Origin: a virus
Lineage: Duplodnaviria > Caudoviricetes
DNA length: 59,527 nt
Virus record (IMG/VR): IMGVR_UViG_3300027976_000042
Location: 1-59,527 of that record
Strand: one strand, 5' to 3'
Under the pieces are notes generated by a model. It worked only from the letters and a program-made list of their open reading frames with translations, ran no database searches and was not told the origin of the DNA. Positions 37,216 to 47,800 of this stretch are shown one piece after another. Both the position numbers and the translations under genes were made by a program. Numbering within the stretch: the first letter of the stretch is position 1; every line of letters begins with the position of its first letter.

Positions 37216-38034
37216 TTATTCTTCCTTGTCTGATGTTTCTTTTTTTCTTGCTGCTTCAAAAATTGATTGGAAAAATTCCTGAGGGGGCTGGGGTAAGTTT
37301 GAAATTCCGGATATGTCTACACCGTAGTCACTTCTGGTGCTTTTCTTATCGCCCCTTCTCTGGTTTTTCCCGTGTCTGCCGCCTTCCGTGTCAAACCAGT
37401 TGGACGCGGCTTCCTCATCGTCTGCCACCGACTTGGCAAACGCCGAGTAGAGAGGTGAGCAAACCCCCTCAAATTTGACGAATGATCTTTTCAAAGCTTC
37501 CAGCAGGTCCTCCGTAGTTGATCCGGACTGGATTGGGGTTTTGCTTCTGGCCCTCCTAGTTTTTGAGATAAGGAATGGGCTCGAGGCTACCTTATTGCCC
37601 TCGGCGAGCGCACCGCTAATCATCGACGCCACCATTACTAAACCTCCGTTGCCGAGCTCTGGCTCGTCTGACTCGTCTGACTCGTCGATCCAAGTGCTCT
37701 TAAAATTCCCTGAGCCTGAGTCTTTTGCTCCTCCGATATTGTAAGATCCGTCCGGCATCTTCTCTCCATCTTTCATCAGCTTTTCCAACCCCTTGATGAT
37801 GACCATCGTGGAGATCATGTAGAATAAGGCATCCCCACTTTCGGAAAAAGCAGAAATGCTTTCTTCGTTAAGCTTCTCCATAGAGAGAGCGTAAATATTC
37901 GGCCCCGATCCTGTCATGATTATCTCGTGTGGGTCCATTACCCTCATCGAGACGATAACGTAGGACAGCTGCGAAAGTCCTTCCAGACTTCCTCCAATTA
38001 CATCTTCAAGTGTCTGAGTTTTTGAATCTTCCAT
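37216..38034 (-). CDS. Hypothetical protein (272 aa)
   Basis: Long collinear ORF. Confidence 0.7.
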   Translation of the reverse strand: MEDSKTQTLEDVIGGSLEGLSQLSYVIVSMRVMDPHEIIMTGSGPNIYALSMEKLNEESISAFSESGDALFYMISTMVIIKGLEKLMKDGEKMPDGSYNIGGAKDSGSGNFKSTWIDESDESDEPELGNGGLVMVASMISGALAEGNKVASSPFLISKTRRARSKTPIQSGSTTEDLLEALKRSFVKFEGVCSPLYSAFAKSVADDEEAASNWFDTEGGRHGKNQRRGDKKSTRSDYGVDISGISNLPQPPQEFFQSIFEAARKKETSDKEE

Positions 38035-38098
38035 TTTGATAAAATGAGGGGCGCCACTGACTGCGACGCCCCTCTTGAGTTGACTTACATCCTATGAC

Positions 38099-39883
38099 TT
38101 ACCTGGCGAGCTTTTCCATGTCCAGGGTGAACGGAGGTAACCCCCCCATTGTCGACTTGTACACCTTCATGGGCGTGGCCATCTTTGCAGCCCATAGAGC
38201 CGGCGGGATGGAACCTTTGACCTGGGGCGTTTGCCCTGGTGAAACCCATTCCGACGTAAAACACGGAATCCCTCTGTCTGCTGTGGGGCTGACCGAAAAG
38301 TAGGCTTTGAGAAGTCGGAGAGACCCACTCATAGCTTCGTTACACGATTTAATTTCCTTCACGTAATCACTCAATGTCCTATTAAAGACCAACGGGGCTT
38401 GCCCCGAAGCCTGGGACGAAATGAACGCCGCTGCCTCGTCTGCTCCAAACTGACGAACCTCACCGAAAAAGCGAATCAAGGCTGCTTCCGCCCCTTGATC
38501 CCCCATCCTTCTCCTGAGGGAGCGATTATGCAGACTGCGACGAGCCGGGAACAGCGAGGAGGCGGCATAGTTGCGAATCTCGTCTGCAAGTTCCCTGGCT
38601 ACCGCAGCAAAAGCTGTGCTTGCCGCGGTTTCGAAGTTTGAAACACCTCCCGTGAGTGCCGCATCCCTGATTGCATCTGCCCTGTCGAGTGCCGACGAGA
38701 ACAGCTTCATGATCCCACCACCTCCCAGCTCAGTGCAGTAATGCCTTGCCGCTGACACGACAAAAGTAGACCATCGATCGAGGCTCACGAATCTGGGATT
38801 CGCATGGGTAGAGAACGAATCCTCTTTCTCAAACATGGCAATTGCATCGTCGCTTGTCCAGACTGATGCCACCAGGATTTGATCGGAGCTCTCGGCTTCC
38901 ATTGACATGTCCACTTTGAGATGGGCCTCGGCAAAGCTGAAGAACTCAGAGCCGTGGATGCCGGGGGTATTTGCTGTCCGGCGCTCTAGGCCCGCCTCAA
39001 TAGAACCTGGAATCCCGAGGATCTTGTTGAGACCTCTGCCTCTGGCTTCGATTGCAGACCTGACGACTTTTGAGCCGGCCGCCTTTGCTCCTTCTTTGAC
39101 CTTGATGTGGCCGCCCTCCACGTCGCTGACCAAGCAAATCGCGTCGCCACTTGCGAAGGCTGAGTTGCCCAGAGCCGAGGCGACGTAAGTCCTGAGGGAT
39201 CTGAAATTGTCCCGATGTTCGGAATCCCGGATCCCACCTGAATACTTCAATGTCCCTCCCTGGAACAGATATGTCGACATCCTGACGTCTGGGCCTTGGT
39301 TGGCTTCGCTGTTGACTGGATCGATTCCCAACTTCTCCAGGATATCATGTGGCAGAGCCGGATTTTCGATTGGGCCGCCCCTGAACTTCAGAACCGGGTC
39401 TCCTTCATTCCTGATATCTGCCGCCACGATCATCAGCCCATTTGCCGGATAGATATTATCCATCCCGAGCACTTTAGTGTGAGTGACCACAGGGGCGTTA
39501 GAGTTTTTGTCGAACACCGAGATCAGAGTCCGGTCCCTCACTTTGGTCGGCGCCGCCGCCTTTTTCTTTTCTTTTACCGCCTTGGCCTTTTGTGTCGCTT
39601 CCTTGGCCTGCTCTGGTTTCTGCTCCGGCTCCGGCTCCGGTTCCGGTTCTTTTTCGTCTTGGACTAGCTCGACAGCGAGGTCGAGAAGCGCCTTGGCTTC
39701 TTCGATCTGCTGGACCTCCAGTCCAGTCTCGTTACTGCCTCCGCTGGACAGCTCATCCAGCTTTGCGTGCAACGACTTGGAGAGGCTTTTGATTCCTGTT
39801 CCTGTGGAGATGTCTGCTGGAAAAGCATCTCCGATAATACCGACGGCCTCTAAGGCCAACTCATGAGCTTGGGTTCCTATCAT
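38099..39883 (-). CDS. Large hypothetical protein with Pro/Glu and Lys/Ala linker
   Basis: Probable start MIGTQAHE after A-rich leader; EPEPEPEPE linker. Confidence 0.75.
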   Translation of the reverse strand: MIGTQAHELALEAVGIIGDAFPADISTGTGIKSLSKSLHAKLDELSSGGSNETGLEVQQIEEAKALLDLAVELVQDEKEPEPEPEPEQKPEQAKEATQKAKAVKEKKKAAAPTKVRDRTLISVFDKNSNAPVVTHTKVLGMDNIYPANGLMIVAADIRNEGDPVLKFRGGPIENPALPHDILEKLGIDPVNSEANQGPDVRMSTYLFQGGTLKYSGGIRDSEHRDNFRSLRTYVASALGNSAFASGDAICLVSDVEGGHIKVKEGAKAAGSKVVRSAIEARGRGLNKILGIPGSIEAGLERRTANTPGIHGSEFFSFAEAHLKVDMSMEAESSDQILVASVWTSDDAIAMFEKEDSFSTHANPRFVSLDRWSTFVVSAARHYCTELGGGGIMKLFSSALDRADAIRDAALTGGVSNFETAASTAFAAVARELADEIRNYAASSLFPARRSLHNRSLRRRMGDQGAEAALIRFFGEVRQFGADEAAAFISSQASGQAPLVFNRTLSDYVKEIKSCNEAMSGSLRLLKAYFSVSPTADRGIPCFTSEWVSPGQTPQVKGSIPPALWAAKMATPMKVYKSTMGGLPPFTLDMEKLAR

Positions 39884-40026
39884 AGTATATTTACTGATTT
39901 TTGTTACTGTTGTTATTTGTGGCCCTTGAGGATTTCGCGTCCACGGTCCACACGGTCCACACAAAATTTGACGCTTTTGGATAAAACACTTCTAGGGTGT
40001 TTTGATCCCGAATTAGTTGCATACGC

Positions 40027-40061
40027 AAAAAAAGCCCCACTCGATTTCTCGAGAGGGGCTT
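40027..40061 (-). terminator. Rho-independent terminator closing the replication block
   Basis: AAAAAAA-GCCCC.CTCGA-ttt-c-TCGAG.GGGGC. Confidence 0.75.
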
Positions 40062-40094
40062 AAAATTTTCCCTTATCTGAGCTTGCCAGAATCG

Positions 40095-40670
40095 TCAGGG
40101 CATCCTGGTATAGGGCTGATATGAATGCACTCCGAACTCCTTCACCAGCGGCTGGATCACTTTATTGACCACTTGAGTGGGGGCAAAAGCGTATCCGAGA
40201 ACCGAGAATTCAATGCCTGACTTCCCTTCGAGTGTCCTGACTGCACAGACCGGTCTTGGGTCATTCCCCGAGAAAAGCCCGAACATCCCAGCCCTGTGCG
40301 TGCCCTCCATCTTCTTGACTACCAATCCGAAGGACGCTTCGATCACAGAGTTGATTCTTGCCAACACGTCGACCTGGGGGGTTTCGGACTTGTCCTCTTT
40401 GGTTTGTCCGCCCTCCAGGTCGTGCAGTTTGCCATCGTTGCCGACCACTTTTTGGGGCAGGTCCTTAGAGACCTCCTTGATTATGCTCACCCCCTTGTGC
40501 GCTGTGTCACCCTTTCTTTTTGGTCCTGCCTCTTGCCCCCAAGGTTGTTTCACTGGCCCGGGCGGACCGGTTAGGACGACCTGGAGGGGTGTGGGGGCTG
40601 GTTCCTGAGCTTCAACCCCCTGGTCTGGCTTGCCAGGGGCTTCTGGGTCTTGAGTATCTCTTGATTCCAT
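40095..40670 (-). CDS. Hypothetical protein (191 aa)
   Basis: Collinear ORF. Confidence 0.65.
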   Translation of the reverse strand: MESRDTQDPEAPGKPDQGVEAQEPAPTPLQVVLTGPPGPVKQPWGQEAGPKRKGDTAHKGVSIIKEVSKDLPQKVVGNDGKLHDLEGGQTKEDKSETPQVDVLARINSVIEASFGLVVKKMEGTHRAGMFGLFSGNDPRPVCAVRTLEGKSGIEFSVLGYAFAPTQVVNKVIQPLVKEFGVHSYQPYTRMP

Positions 40671-40715
40671 TTCTTCTATTTTGGGTTATTCCTTTTTGCC
40701 TTTGGTCGGCTACTG

Positions 40716-41201
40716 TCAGCGAAGCAGTTGCATTGGGGCGCTTCCCTTTTCGTCGATTATGGCCTGCATCACGCAGATGGCATCTGCCATGTCGTGGGTC
40801 ATCTTCTTCGCCTTCGGCCGGATTTCCATAGCCCTCGCAATCATCGCGTCTTTTGATGCCCCCCCGTGGCCAGTAGCCAGGTTCTTCAGTTCGGTGGGGG
40901 CGTAAGCCCTGTATGGTATGTCCTTGGCCTCGCAGAAGAGGATGATCACTCCTTCAAAACGGGCCTGCAGTTTGACACCGCTGCCCTTTGTGCAATTTGA
41001 CGATTCGAACGATACAATGTCCAGGCCTGGCCCCAGTCTCATCTTCTCGAGAAAATTCCAGAGCCTCAGGAGTCTCATCCCGGGGGACTCATCTTTGTTC
41101 TTGGAAAGATCAATTACGCCGAAGGTCCCATCGGTGTGGGACCATCCGCAAGTCGTTGCCGGGTCAAGTCCGAGGACTCGGATATCTTCATTGCTGTCCA
41201 T
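40716..41201 (-). CDS. ruvC: RuvC-like Holliday junction resolvase
   Basis: VLGLDPATTCGW, VSFE, PTELKNLATGHGGASKDAM, HDMADA. Confidence 0.88.
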   Translation of the reverse strand: MDSNEDIRVLGLDPATTCGWSHTDGTFGVIDLSKNKDESPGMRLLRLWNFLEKMRLGPGLDIVSFESSNCTKGSGVKLQARFEGVIILFCEAKDIPYRAYAPTELKNLATGHGGASKDAMIARAMEIRPKAKKMTHDMADAICVMQAIIDEKGSAPMQLLR

Positions 41202-41209
41202 TCGTCATG

Positions 41210-41824
41210 CTACTCCTGGAGTGTAAAGGCGTCAAGAGTGGAGAGCACCCTCCTTGACGGCCTTCTATCTTCCCAGACCCACATCGAGATCATGGGGTGA
41301 ATCGAAAGGGTGTCGATCGACATCGTTTTCCTGCTGCCGTATCTGTAATACACCATCAGGACTCCCTTGCTGGATCTGAAGACCATCGCCGTGTCGTCTA
41401 CCCTATGTCTGCTGACCCAGGCTCCGGCGGTGTTTTTCGCTTCTGTGAATTCATCTTCGAGGATCTTGGCTGGCGACCTTGATCTCCCGGTTTTTGCGTG
41501 GGCCTCTTCCAGATCGACTCCTCCTGTCCCGACCATCACCCCCAACTCAATATCGGCGGCTTTAGCCGGAACCCTTCTATACACCAGAATAGACCCTTCA
41601 AGTTCGCCGAATGACTCCAATGAAAGGTTTATCAGGGGGCACTCGGAAATCCCTCTGGGCTTGTATCCATCGGGAAGCCCGAGTCTTTTTGCGACCATCG
41701 AGGCAACCAAAGATGATTCGTCTCTCGACGTGTTGCTCGGCTCTTTCCTCTTATCTCGCATCGCCGCCGCCATCCGGTCTCTGATCTGGCCTGGGGTTTC
41801 TTGTTCGTCCTCTGTATCAGTCAT
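41210..41824 (-). CDS. Hypothetical protein (204 aa)
   Basis: Between RecA-like and RuvC-like genes. Confidence 0.65.
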   Translation of the reverse strand: MTDTEDEQETPGQIRDRMAAAMRDKRKEPSNTSRDESSLVASMVAKRLGLPDGYKPRGISECPLINLSLESFGELEGSILVYRRVPAKAADIELGVMVGTGGVDLEEAHAKTGRSRSPAKILEDEFTEAKNTAGAWVSRHRVDDTAMVFRSSKGVLMVYYRYGSRKTMSIDTLSIHPMISMWVWEDRRPSRRVLSTLDAFTLQE

Positions 41825-41842
41825 GGTCTTTGAGTTGCCGTA

Positions 41843-43279
41843 TTATTCACCTTCGTCCTCGTCTTCCTCTTCTTCGGAGGTGTGGACTGTCCCCGCGGCG
41901 CCGGCCGCACTTGACGAAAACTCCAAAAAGTTCGGGACCTGTCCGCCCCACTCCGACGGGAAGTAAACTTGCGAAATTCTTGGTGGCATCTCAATGTCGA
42001 ACTTTGACATAAACCATGCGATGTGGTCTACCGAGTGTATCGCTTTGTAGAAGTCGATGTAGCCCATCGGCCTGCCGTCGGACCCGATGTCTCGTTCCTC
42101 GCACCAAAATTTTGGCCCCTTCACTTTTGAAATTCCGCAGAGATCCGAAGCGTAAAGTGCATCGATCGTGGGTCTCTCAAAAATGACCCCTCTCTGGAAG
42201 TCGACCTCAGAGGTGAATTGTCGGAACGGGAATCGGACCTTGTTCTTCTTGAAGGTGTGCCTGATCTGGAAACCTCTTTTGCCGCCCGAGGCGTCTTTGA
42301 TCACGGCACCCTTTTGCAGGTATTCCCAGTAGGTCGTGAAAAAGTCGAGGGATTTGCCACCCTCCCCTTTGACCTTGTCAATGGTCGCTCTTTTGATCCT
42401 CGACTCCAGGCCGGTGTAAATCTTCTCCTTTCCCTGGTTCCCGAAGATCAGGGTTGTGTTTGTGTCTTTGAGCCTCTTTCTCACGTGCTCCAGGTAAGGC
42501 TTCAGAATGCGGGCTTTTTCGCCAAACCCCACTGAGAGAATCTTGGAAACTTCCAGACTTTGATCTTGCACATTATTCGTGGCCGATCCAGCCACGGAGT
42601 CAAATATGATGATCTTTGGCAGGGTGCCTCCCTTGTCATATTTTTCAAATGTGTCCAAGGCATCCAGAACCATTTGCAAGCCGCTCTCGAATGTGTCGGC
42701 CTGGAAAAAGTTGTCTTGGAATAGGTCGTAGTGTTCGCCCAAGACAGCTGCTGCGTGAGAGTGGACTACTGCATCTTCGGTTTCCACCATTGCTGCAAAG
42801 CCGCCCACGTCCATCACCATTTTGGACATCCAATACATCGATGTTGTCTTTCCGCACCCCTCAAAGCCCAGCATCTCGCCGATCTTTCTTGTTGCATACC
42901 CAGGCCGCCCCAACGCCCACATGGCGCAAATGTCCGGCAGGAAGATGTAGCTGACGTGCTCTCCCACTTCATCCATCGTGGCAAGTTCGGATTTTCCATA
43001 GCGCTTCCGCGCTTTGTCCCCGTTCCGAAATTCTTTCATGGCGGCCCTCATCCCTTCCTGGGTGGCAGGCTCTACCTTTTTCTTTTTCGGAACTTTTTTC
43101 TTTGGCTCTGCTGCCAACTGTTTTGCGGTGCTGGCTTTTCTTACCGGCGGGCTGCCGACTTCGTTGTCGTCCAGGGTTCGTGCCTTCGTCCCTGACGGCG
43201 TCTTCTTGCTTGTCTCTTTAGCGACAGCCTCTGCTGGCACCTCGGATACAACTTCTTCCTCTTTTTCTTTTGGGTTCAT
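41843..43279 (-). CDS. recA: RecA/UvsX-like recombinase
   Basis: Walker A GFEGCGKTT, VETE, Walker B IIFDSVAG, GNQ, GGKSLDFF, KKNKV. Confidence 0.88.
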   Translation of the reverse strand: MNPKEKEEEVVSEVPAEAVAKETSKKTPSGTKARTLDDNEVGSPPVRKASTAKQLAAEPKKKVPKKKKVEPATQEGMRAAMKEFRNGDKARKRYGKSELATMDEVGEHVSYIFLPDICAMWALGRPGYATRKIGEMLGFEGCGKTTSMYWMSKMVMDVGGFAAMVETEDAVVHSHAAAVLGEHYDLFQDNFFQADTFESGLQMVLDALDTFEKYDKGGTLPKIIIFDSVAGSATNNVQDQSLEVSKILSVGFGEKARILKPYLEHVRKRLKDTNTTLIFGNQGKEKIYTGLESRIKRATIDKVKGEGGKSLDFFTTYWEYLQKGAVIKDASGGKRGFQIRHTFKKNKVRFPFRQFTSEVDFQRGVIFERPTIDALYASDLCGISKVKGPKFWCEERDIGSDGRPMGYIDFYKAIHSVDHIAWFMSKFDIEMPPRISQVYFPSEWGGQVPNFLEFSSSAAGAAGTVHTSEEEEDEDEGE

Positions 43280-43282
43280 TGC

Positions 43283-43316
43283 AAAACGGCGACAAGGCGG
43301 GCGGCCTTATCGCCGT
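43283..43316 (-). terminator. Hairpin with T tract between putative SSB and RecA
   Basis: AAAACGGCGA.AAGGC-ggg-c-GGCCTT.TCGCCGT. Confidence 0.5.
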
Positions 43317-43344
43317 AGCGGTTAAAGGTTATGTGACTTTCAGG

Positions 43345-44865
43345 TCAGTCTTCGTCGTCGAGCATCGCCGAGATTTTAGTCCTGCTTCCTGAGTTGGAGC
43401 GGGCCGAAGAATCGACAGCCGCTTTACTGGCCTGCTTCTCTGCCTTTTTGGGTGCTTCGTCTTCATCAAACGGGGGAGCGTCTTCTTCGTCCACCGGTGA
43501 CAACGGGGGCTCCTCCTTCTTGGCCTTTGTGGGCTTTGCCGGAGGCAAGTCGTCGTCGTCGTCTTTTGATGCCTTTGACTTGACCGGGGGGAGATCATCA
43601 TCAATCAGATCGTCCTCCTTGTCCAACCCGGACTTTGCTTTTGCCGCTCCTTTTGCCGGAGGCTCATCGTCGTCGATGTCTTTCTTGCGATTGGATTTCG
43701 ACGCGGCTGCTGGTGGCAGATCGTCGTCGTCGTCCTTGTGGCTGCTCGCCCGGGACTTACCGGTCATTGGGATGTCGTCGTCTTCCTCTTCTTGAATCGA
43801 CCTTTTTTCTGGTTTTGACTTCCTGTCCCGGCTTCCCATGGCTGAGCGGGGCGACGCCTTACTTGCCGACGAGGAGGCACCAAAGAGCTTCGAAATGAGA
43901 GCCTCATATTCAAGTCCTTCATTGCCCCAAGCCTCGATCATCAGATCTTTCGCATCTTCTCCGTGAGGCAAAAGAGCCTCCGCGGCCACCTTTGCCGTCT
44001 CGATGGCTGTCATGCTCACGAACACCTCTTCCGGGGTCAAGCGGTTGGCCAGGTTTGACTTTGAGATTTTGAACCTGGCCTCATCCTCCAGAACGTAGGC
44101 ATTGTAGACCGACTGGCCTCCCTGAGGGGGCCGGCAAAGAGACACTTCGCACAACGCCATGTTCCTTGGGTCTGTAATGTCCCCGTGGTAAAACCGGCCT
44201 TCGAAGTCGTCTTGTTCCAGTTCAGTGTGTCCCTTTACGAGCGTATCCAGGCTCTCGGCAAGCCCCCAGACTCCGGAGTCTTTCTTTTTCTTTGTGCCGG
44301 ACTTGGCCGAAAGTTCCTCGTATTGATACGGGAAAATCGCCTGCCTTGAGCACACGAGGAACTTGTTCACCAGGTCGCGCCTTTCTGGGACTACGACGTT
44401 CATCCCGATTCTCAAGTCAGACCGGCGAAGCAAGTGATCTTTCCATGCGTCGTCGTCTTTTTTGATCTTCTTCGTTTCGAGATCCTTCCCGATGAGATGC
44501 CAGTAATCCGTCCCGTCCCATGCGGTTTTCCAGAGAAGCTCGACCGGATCGGTCTCTTCCGGACCAAAGAAGAACTTTGGAGAAATGATATTGTGAGTCC
44601 CACCAACGCCCCTCCACTGTGGGAACAGCCACATCCATTCGGAAAAGCTGTCGTCTTCGAGCCGGAAGGGAAGGTAGGACCCCTTGTCGTATTCGCCATC
44701 CTCGTCCACCGCGATTGCCGGCAAGACACCAAATATGATGGCCGCGTCTTTACTGGCAAAAACGACCTGGGATGTTGCCGATGGAAGGAAGGTCAAGTCT
44801 TTAAAACTTCCTCCCCCTGTGTCTGAGGCTCTGAGTGCGTCAGTGATTCTTTGTCTTTTTCTCAT
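43345..44865 (-). CDS. Putative ssDNA-binding protein
   Basis: Aromatic-rich N-terminal domain, long acidic/Lys tail with DDDDLPP repeats ending LDDED; lies between DnaE and RecA. Confidence 0.5.
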   Translation of the reverse strand: MRKRQRITDALRASDTGGGSFKDLTFLPSATSQVVFASKDAAIIFGVLPAIAVDEDGEYDKGSYLPFRLEDDSFSEWMWLFPQWRGVGGTHNIISPKFFFGPEETDPVELLWKTAWDGTDYWHLIGKDLETKKIKKDDDAWKDHLLRRSDLRIGMNVVVPERRDLVNKFLVCSRQAIFPYQYEELSAKSGTKKKKDSGVWGLAESLDTLVKGHTELEQDDFEGRFYHGDITDPRNMALCEVSLCRPPQGGQSVYNAYVLEDEARFKISKSNLANRLTPEEVFVSMTAIETAKVAAEALLPHGEDAKDLMIEAWGNEGLEYEALISKLFGASSSASKASPRSAMGSRDRKSKPEKRSIQEEEDDDIPMTGKSRASSHKDDDDDLPPAAASKSNRKKDIDDDEPPAKGAAKAKSGLDKEDDLIDDDLPPVKSKASKDDDDDLPPAKPTKAKKEEPPLSPVDEEDAPPFDEDEAPKKAEKQASKAAVDSSARSNSGSRTKISAMLDDED

Positions 44866-44874
44866 ATTATTGTC

Positions 44875-47800
44875 TTACTGATTTTCCGTTTCCGGGAATA
44901 TTATTGTGTCTGCGACCAAGGAGCGTTTGCCTCCAAAGTCATTGATTCTTCCATTCACCACAACCAAGTCCCTGACTTTTAAGAAGTCTGCGACCTCAGA
45001 ATAGAGGTCACTGAAGACTGTTACCGAAGCAGTTGAATCTTGATTAGCAACCGAGATGAAGCACATGGCGTCTCCCTTTTTCGTGTTGATCTTCTTGATT
45101 TCCCTGACAACTCCCCCTATCGACGTTCTCGCTCCGTCTGCCCTCGCTGCTACGACCGAAGCACACTGAACGGATCTCTCCGTTATCCTGGAGAGGTATC
45201 CAGCATAGTCCGGCTCGATCATCGGGAACGCATCTCCCTGAGCCTTCATTACCTGAATCTCGTTTAGATCCGTGAACGAGCTTTGTTTCTCCCCCCTCAG
45301 CTCCAGATATCTCCTGTAGATTGCATTTCTTCCCAGGATACTATCCCGGGGTCCGACGCCGAACAGGTTATCCATGGCCCCAGACCAGATCAAAGCTGAG
45401 AATACTCTCTTGTTCGCTTTCTTCCGATCAATCTTCTGGTAAAGCTCCTCCATTGAGCAGAACGGCCTGGCCTCGATGACAGCTTCGGCCGCCGTCTTGA
45501 CTCCGTGGACCATCCTGAGAGGGAACACGATGCGTCCCTTGTCTGACCTGCCCACCTTGTCGGCGACGAACACATCAACATCACTTGATATGACATCAGG
45601 TGTCGAGATGTATCTCGAGCAGAATCTGGCGTTAGCTCTCAGGTCGTCCTTGCTACTATTCTGCAGGGCGCTTGCCCACCACTCGACCGGGTAATTCTCC
45701 TTGAGGTATTGGCAAACATATCCCAAATAAGAGTAAGCCAGTGAGTGACTATTTGACACCACCACCCCATTGGCGATGAAGTTGTGATCCTTGCTGTCGA
45801 CCTCAAGGTCCCGGGTGGGCGCCATGCCTAAGCTTCTGACAGAGACAATTTTGCTCAATTGCGTAATCTCGCAATCGCTGTGTGGCCACTGAGTGAACAC
45901 ACGCCATCCATTTTGCAGGATTTCCCATAGAGGGCGCTGGGTCCCGTCTTCGCAGAGGTATTTGTGATTTATTGATGTCTGCAATTTCATCTCATTCTCC
46001 AGCTCCACCTCCCACAGCTCGGCTTCCGAATCCATCACGTCCGTCACCCGGACGAAATGTTCAGAGCCCGTAGCAACTTCATAAGCCTTCACGAATTCTC
46101 CCTTCTCAATGCATCCGATGGGCCTGTCCCCGTTGGGCGTTTGCAGTTTCACGTCAAGCCCGATGCATTTATTAAACGAGTAGTTCGAGGCGGCAATGCA
46201 GAGCGAGATAAATGATTCGGTCTGGGATTCCGTCCATCCATTGGCTGACAGCCTTAATCTGATCTCCGGGATCAGGGCATCCATTTTGTCTTTCTTTTTC
46301 TTCCCCACAATCTCCCGGATCTCATCGGCTTCTTCCTCTGAATAGCCGCAGGCAATCTGGAACATCTCTGTGATCTGCTCCTGAAAAAGACAAACCCCGC
46401 CGGTGGGCTCGAGAATGCCTTTTACCGATGGGTGAACGAAAGACGGGTTCTTAGACATATCCCTCACTCCAACCCACTGGTCGACCAGAGTTGTCTCCCC
46501 GTCCGGCATCAAAGCAAACAGGGTCCCTGGCCTCCCGGCGGCGGTCATCTGGGCCAGGTCGAGAATCGAGACTGGCTTGTATCGGCGAGAGAGATCGATC
46601 CCGATCGGCTTGTTGAACTGAAACACCGTTTCATTTCTGCCTTCATGAAAAGCTAACCAAGTCTTCTCGTCATCCAAGGGAATGTCGTAGATATCGATGT
46701 TCTTCCCCCTGATTCTTCCGACCCATGATACGGCGCCGCTGACATCCTTTAGGGTGTTCAACCCTAGGATGTCCATCTTTATCAGCCCCATGGCCTCCAC
46801 CGGTCCCATCGGATACTGAGTGCATTCTTCTCCGTTTACCCGGCAAATGGGGATGATGTCTGGAATTGAAGAGTCTGCTGCGGCATAGGCCGAAGCGTGT
46901 CGCCCGATTGATTTCGGAATATTGAGGACGTCCTCAACTCCTCGTCTTACCTGGGGATACTTCTCAAAGAAGTTTGCCACGATCGGTATTTCGTCAATGA
47001 TCCCGGGATGAAAGACTTCCATTTCGTCCGTGTATCCGAAGATCCATCCTTTTGAGTCCGCTACCCCTTGAGGGGCAAAGGGCAATGCTTTTGCCACCTC
47101 ATCCACCTCAAGAGCCTTTTCCGGATCGGTCTGAGTCGATAGCACCACCCGAGAGACCTCCCTGATTGCGCTTCTGCCTCTGATGGTTCCCAGGGTGCAG
47201 ATCCTGATGAATCTGTCCCCAAGCTCGGCTTTCATAATCTCAGCGACCACTGATGGGTTGGCAAAGTCCAAATCGATGTCGGGGAATTTTCTCCTACCGA
47301 TCCGAGCATTAGACAGAAATCTGTAAAAGCTTAGGCCCCACTTGATAGGGTCCAAGTGGGTGATATTCAAAAGGTAAGCCAGCAAACATCCAGCCGCGGA
47401 TCCACGCCCGGGGCCGCTATTCTCGCCGGCAGCTCTGGCTTTCCGGCACACCTCCTCGACAAAGAGGAAGTATGGCAAGAAGTTGACAACCCCATTGTTG
47501 GCAATGACTTCGATCTCCTCTTCCAGCCGTGTTATATATTCCGGTTCGTCTCTTGGCATTCTGCCATGCTCCTTAATCAGATCTGCGATCATCCTAAGAT
47601 ATTGGGCGTCAAGGTCTTCCGGAAATTTGTCTTTCACCTTCTGAGGGACGTTGACGGAGGGCATCCGAATCCGGGTCTCGACGTGGATTTTGTCCACCAT
47701 TGAAACCAGGAGTTCGTTGTTTTCGACAGCCTCTTTGAACTCGGAAGAGAAGTCTGCCAACCCCAGGCTGCCGGACCATAGATCCCACGCCTGCTCCGTG

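Noticed and set aside
39940-39962. Short GGTCCACAC direct repeats upstream of the large hypothetical gene
   Set aside because: Only two to three short copies, not noticed elsewhere; too weak to call an operator
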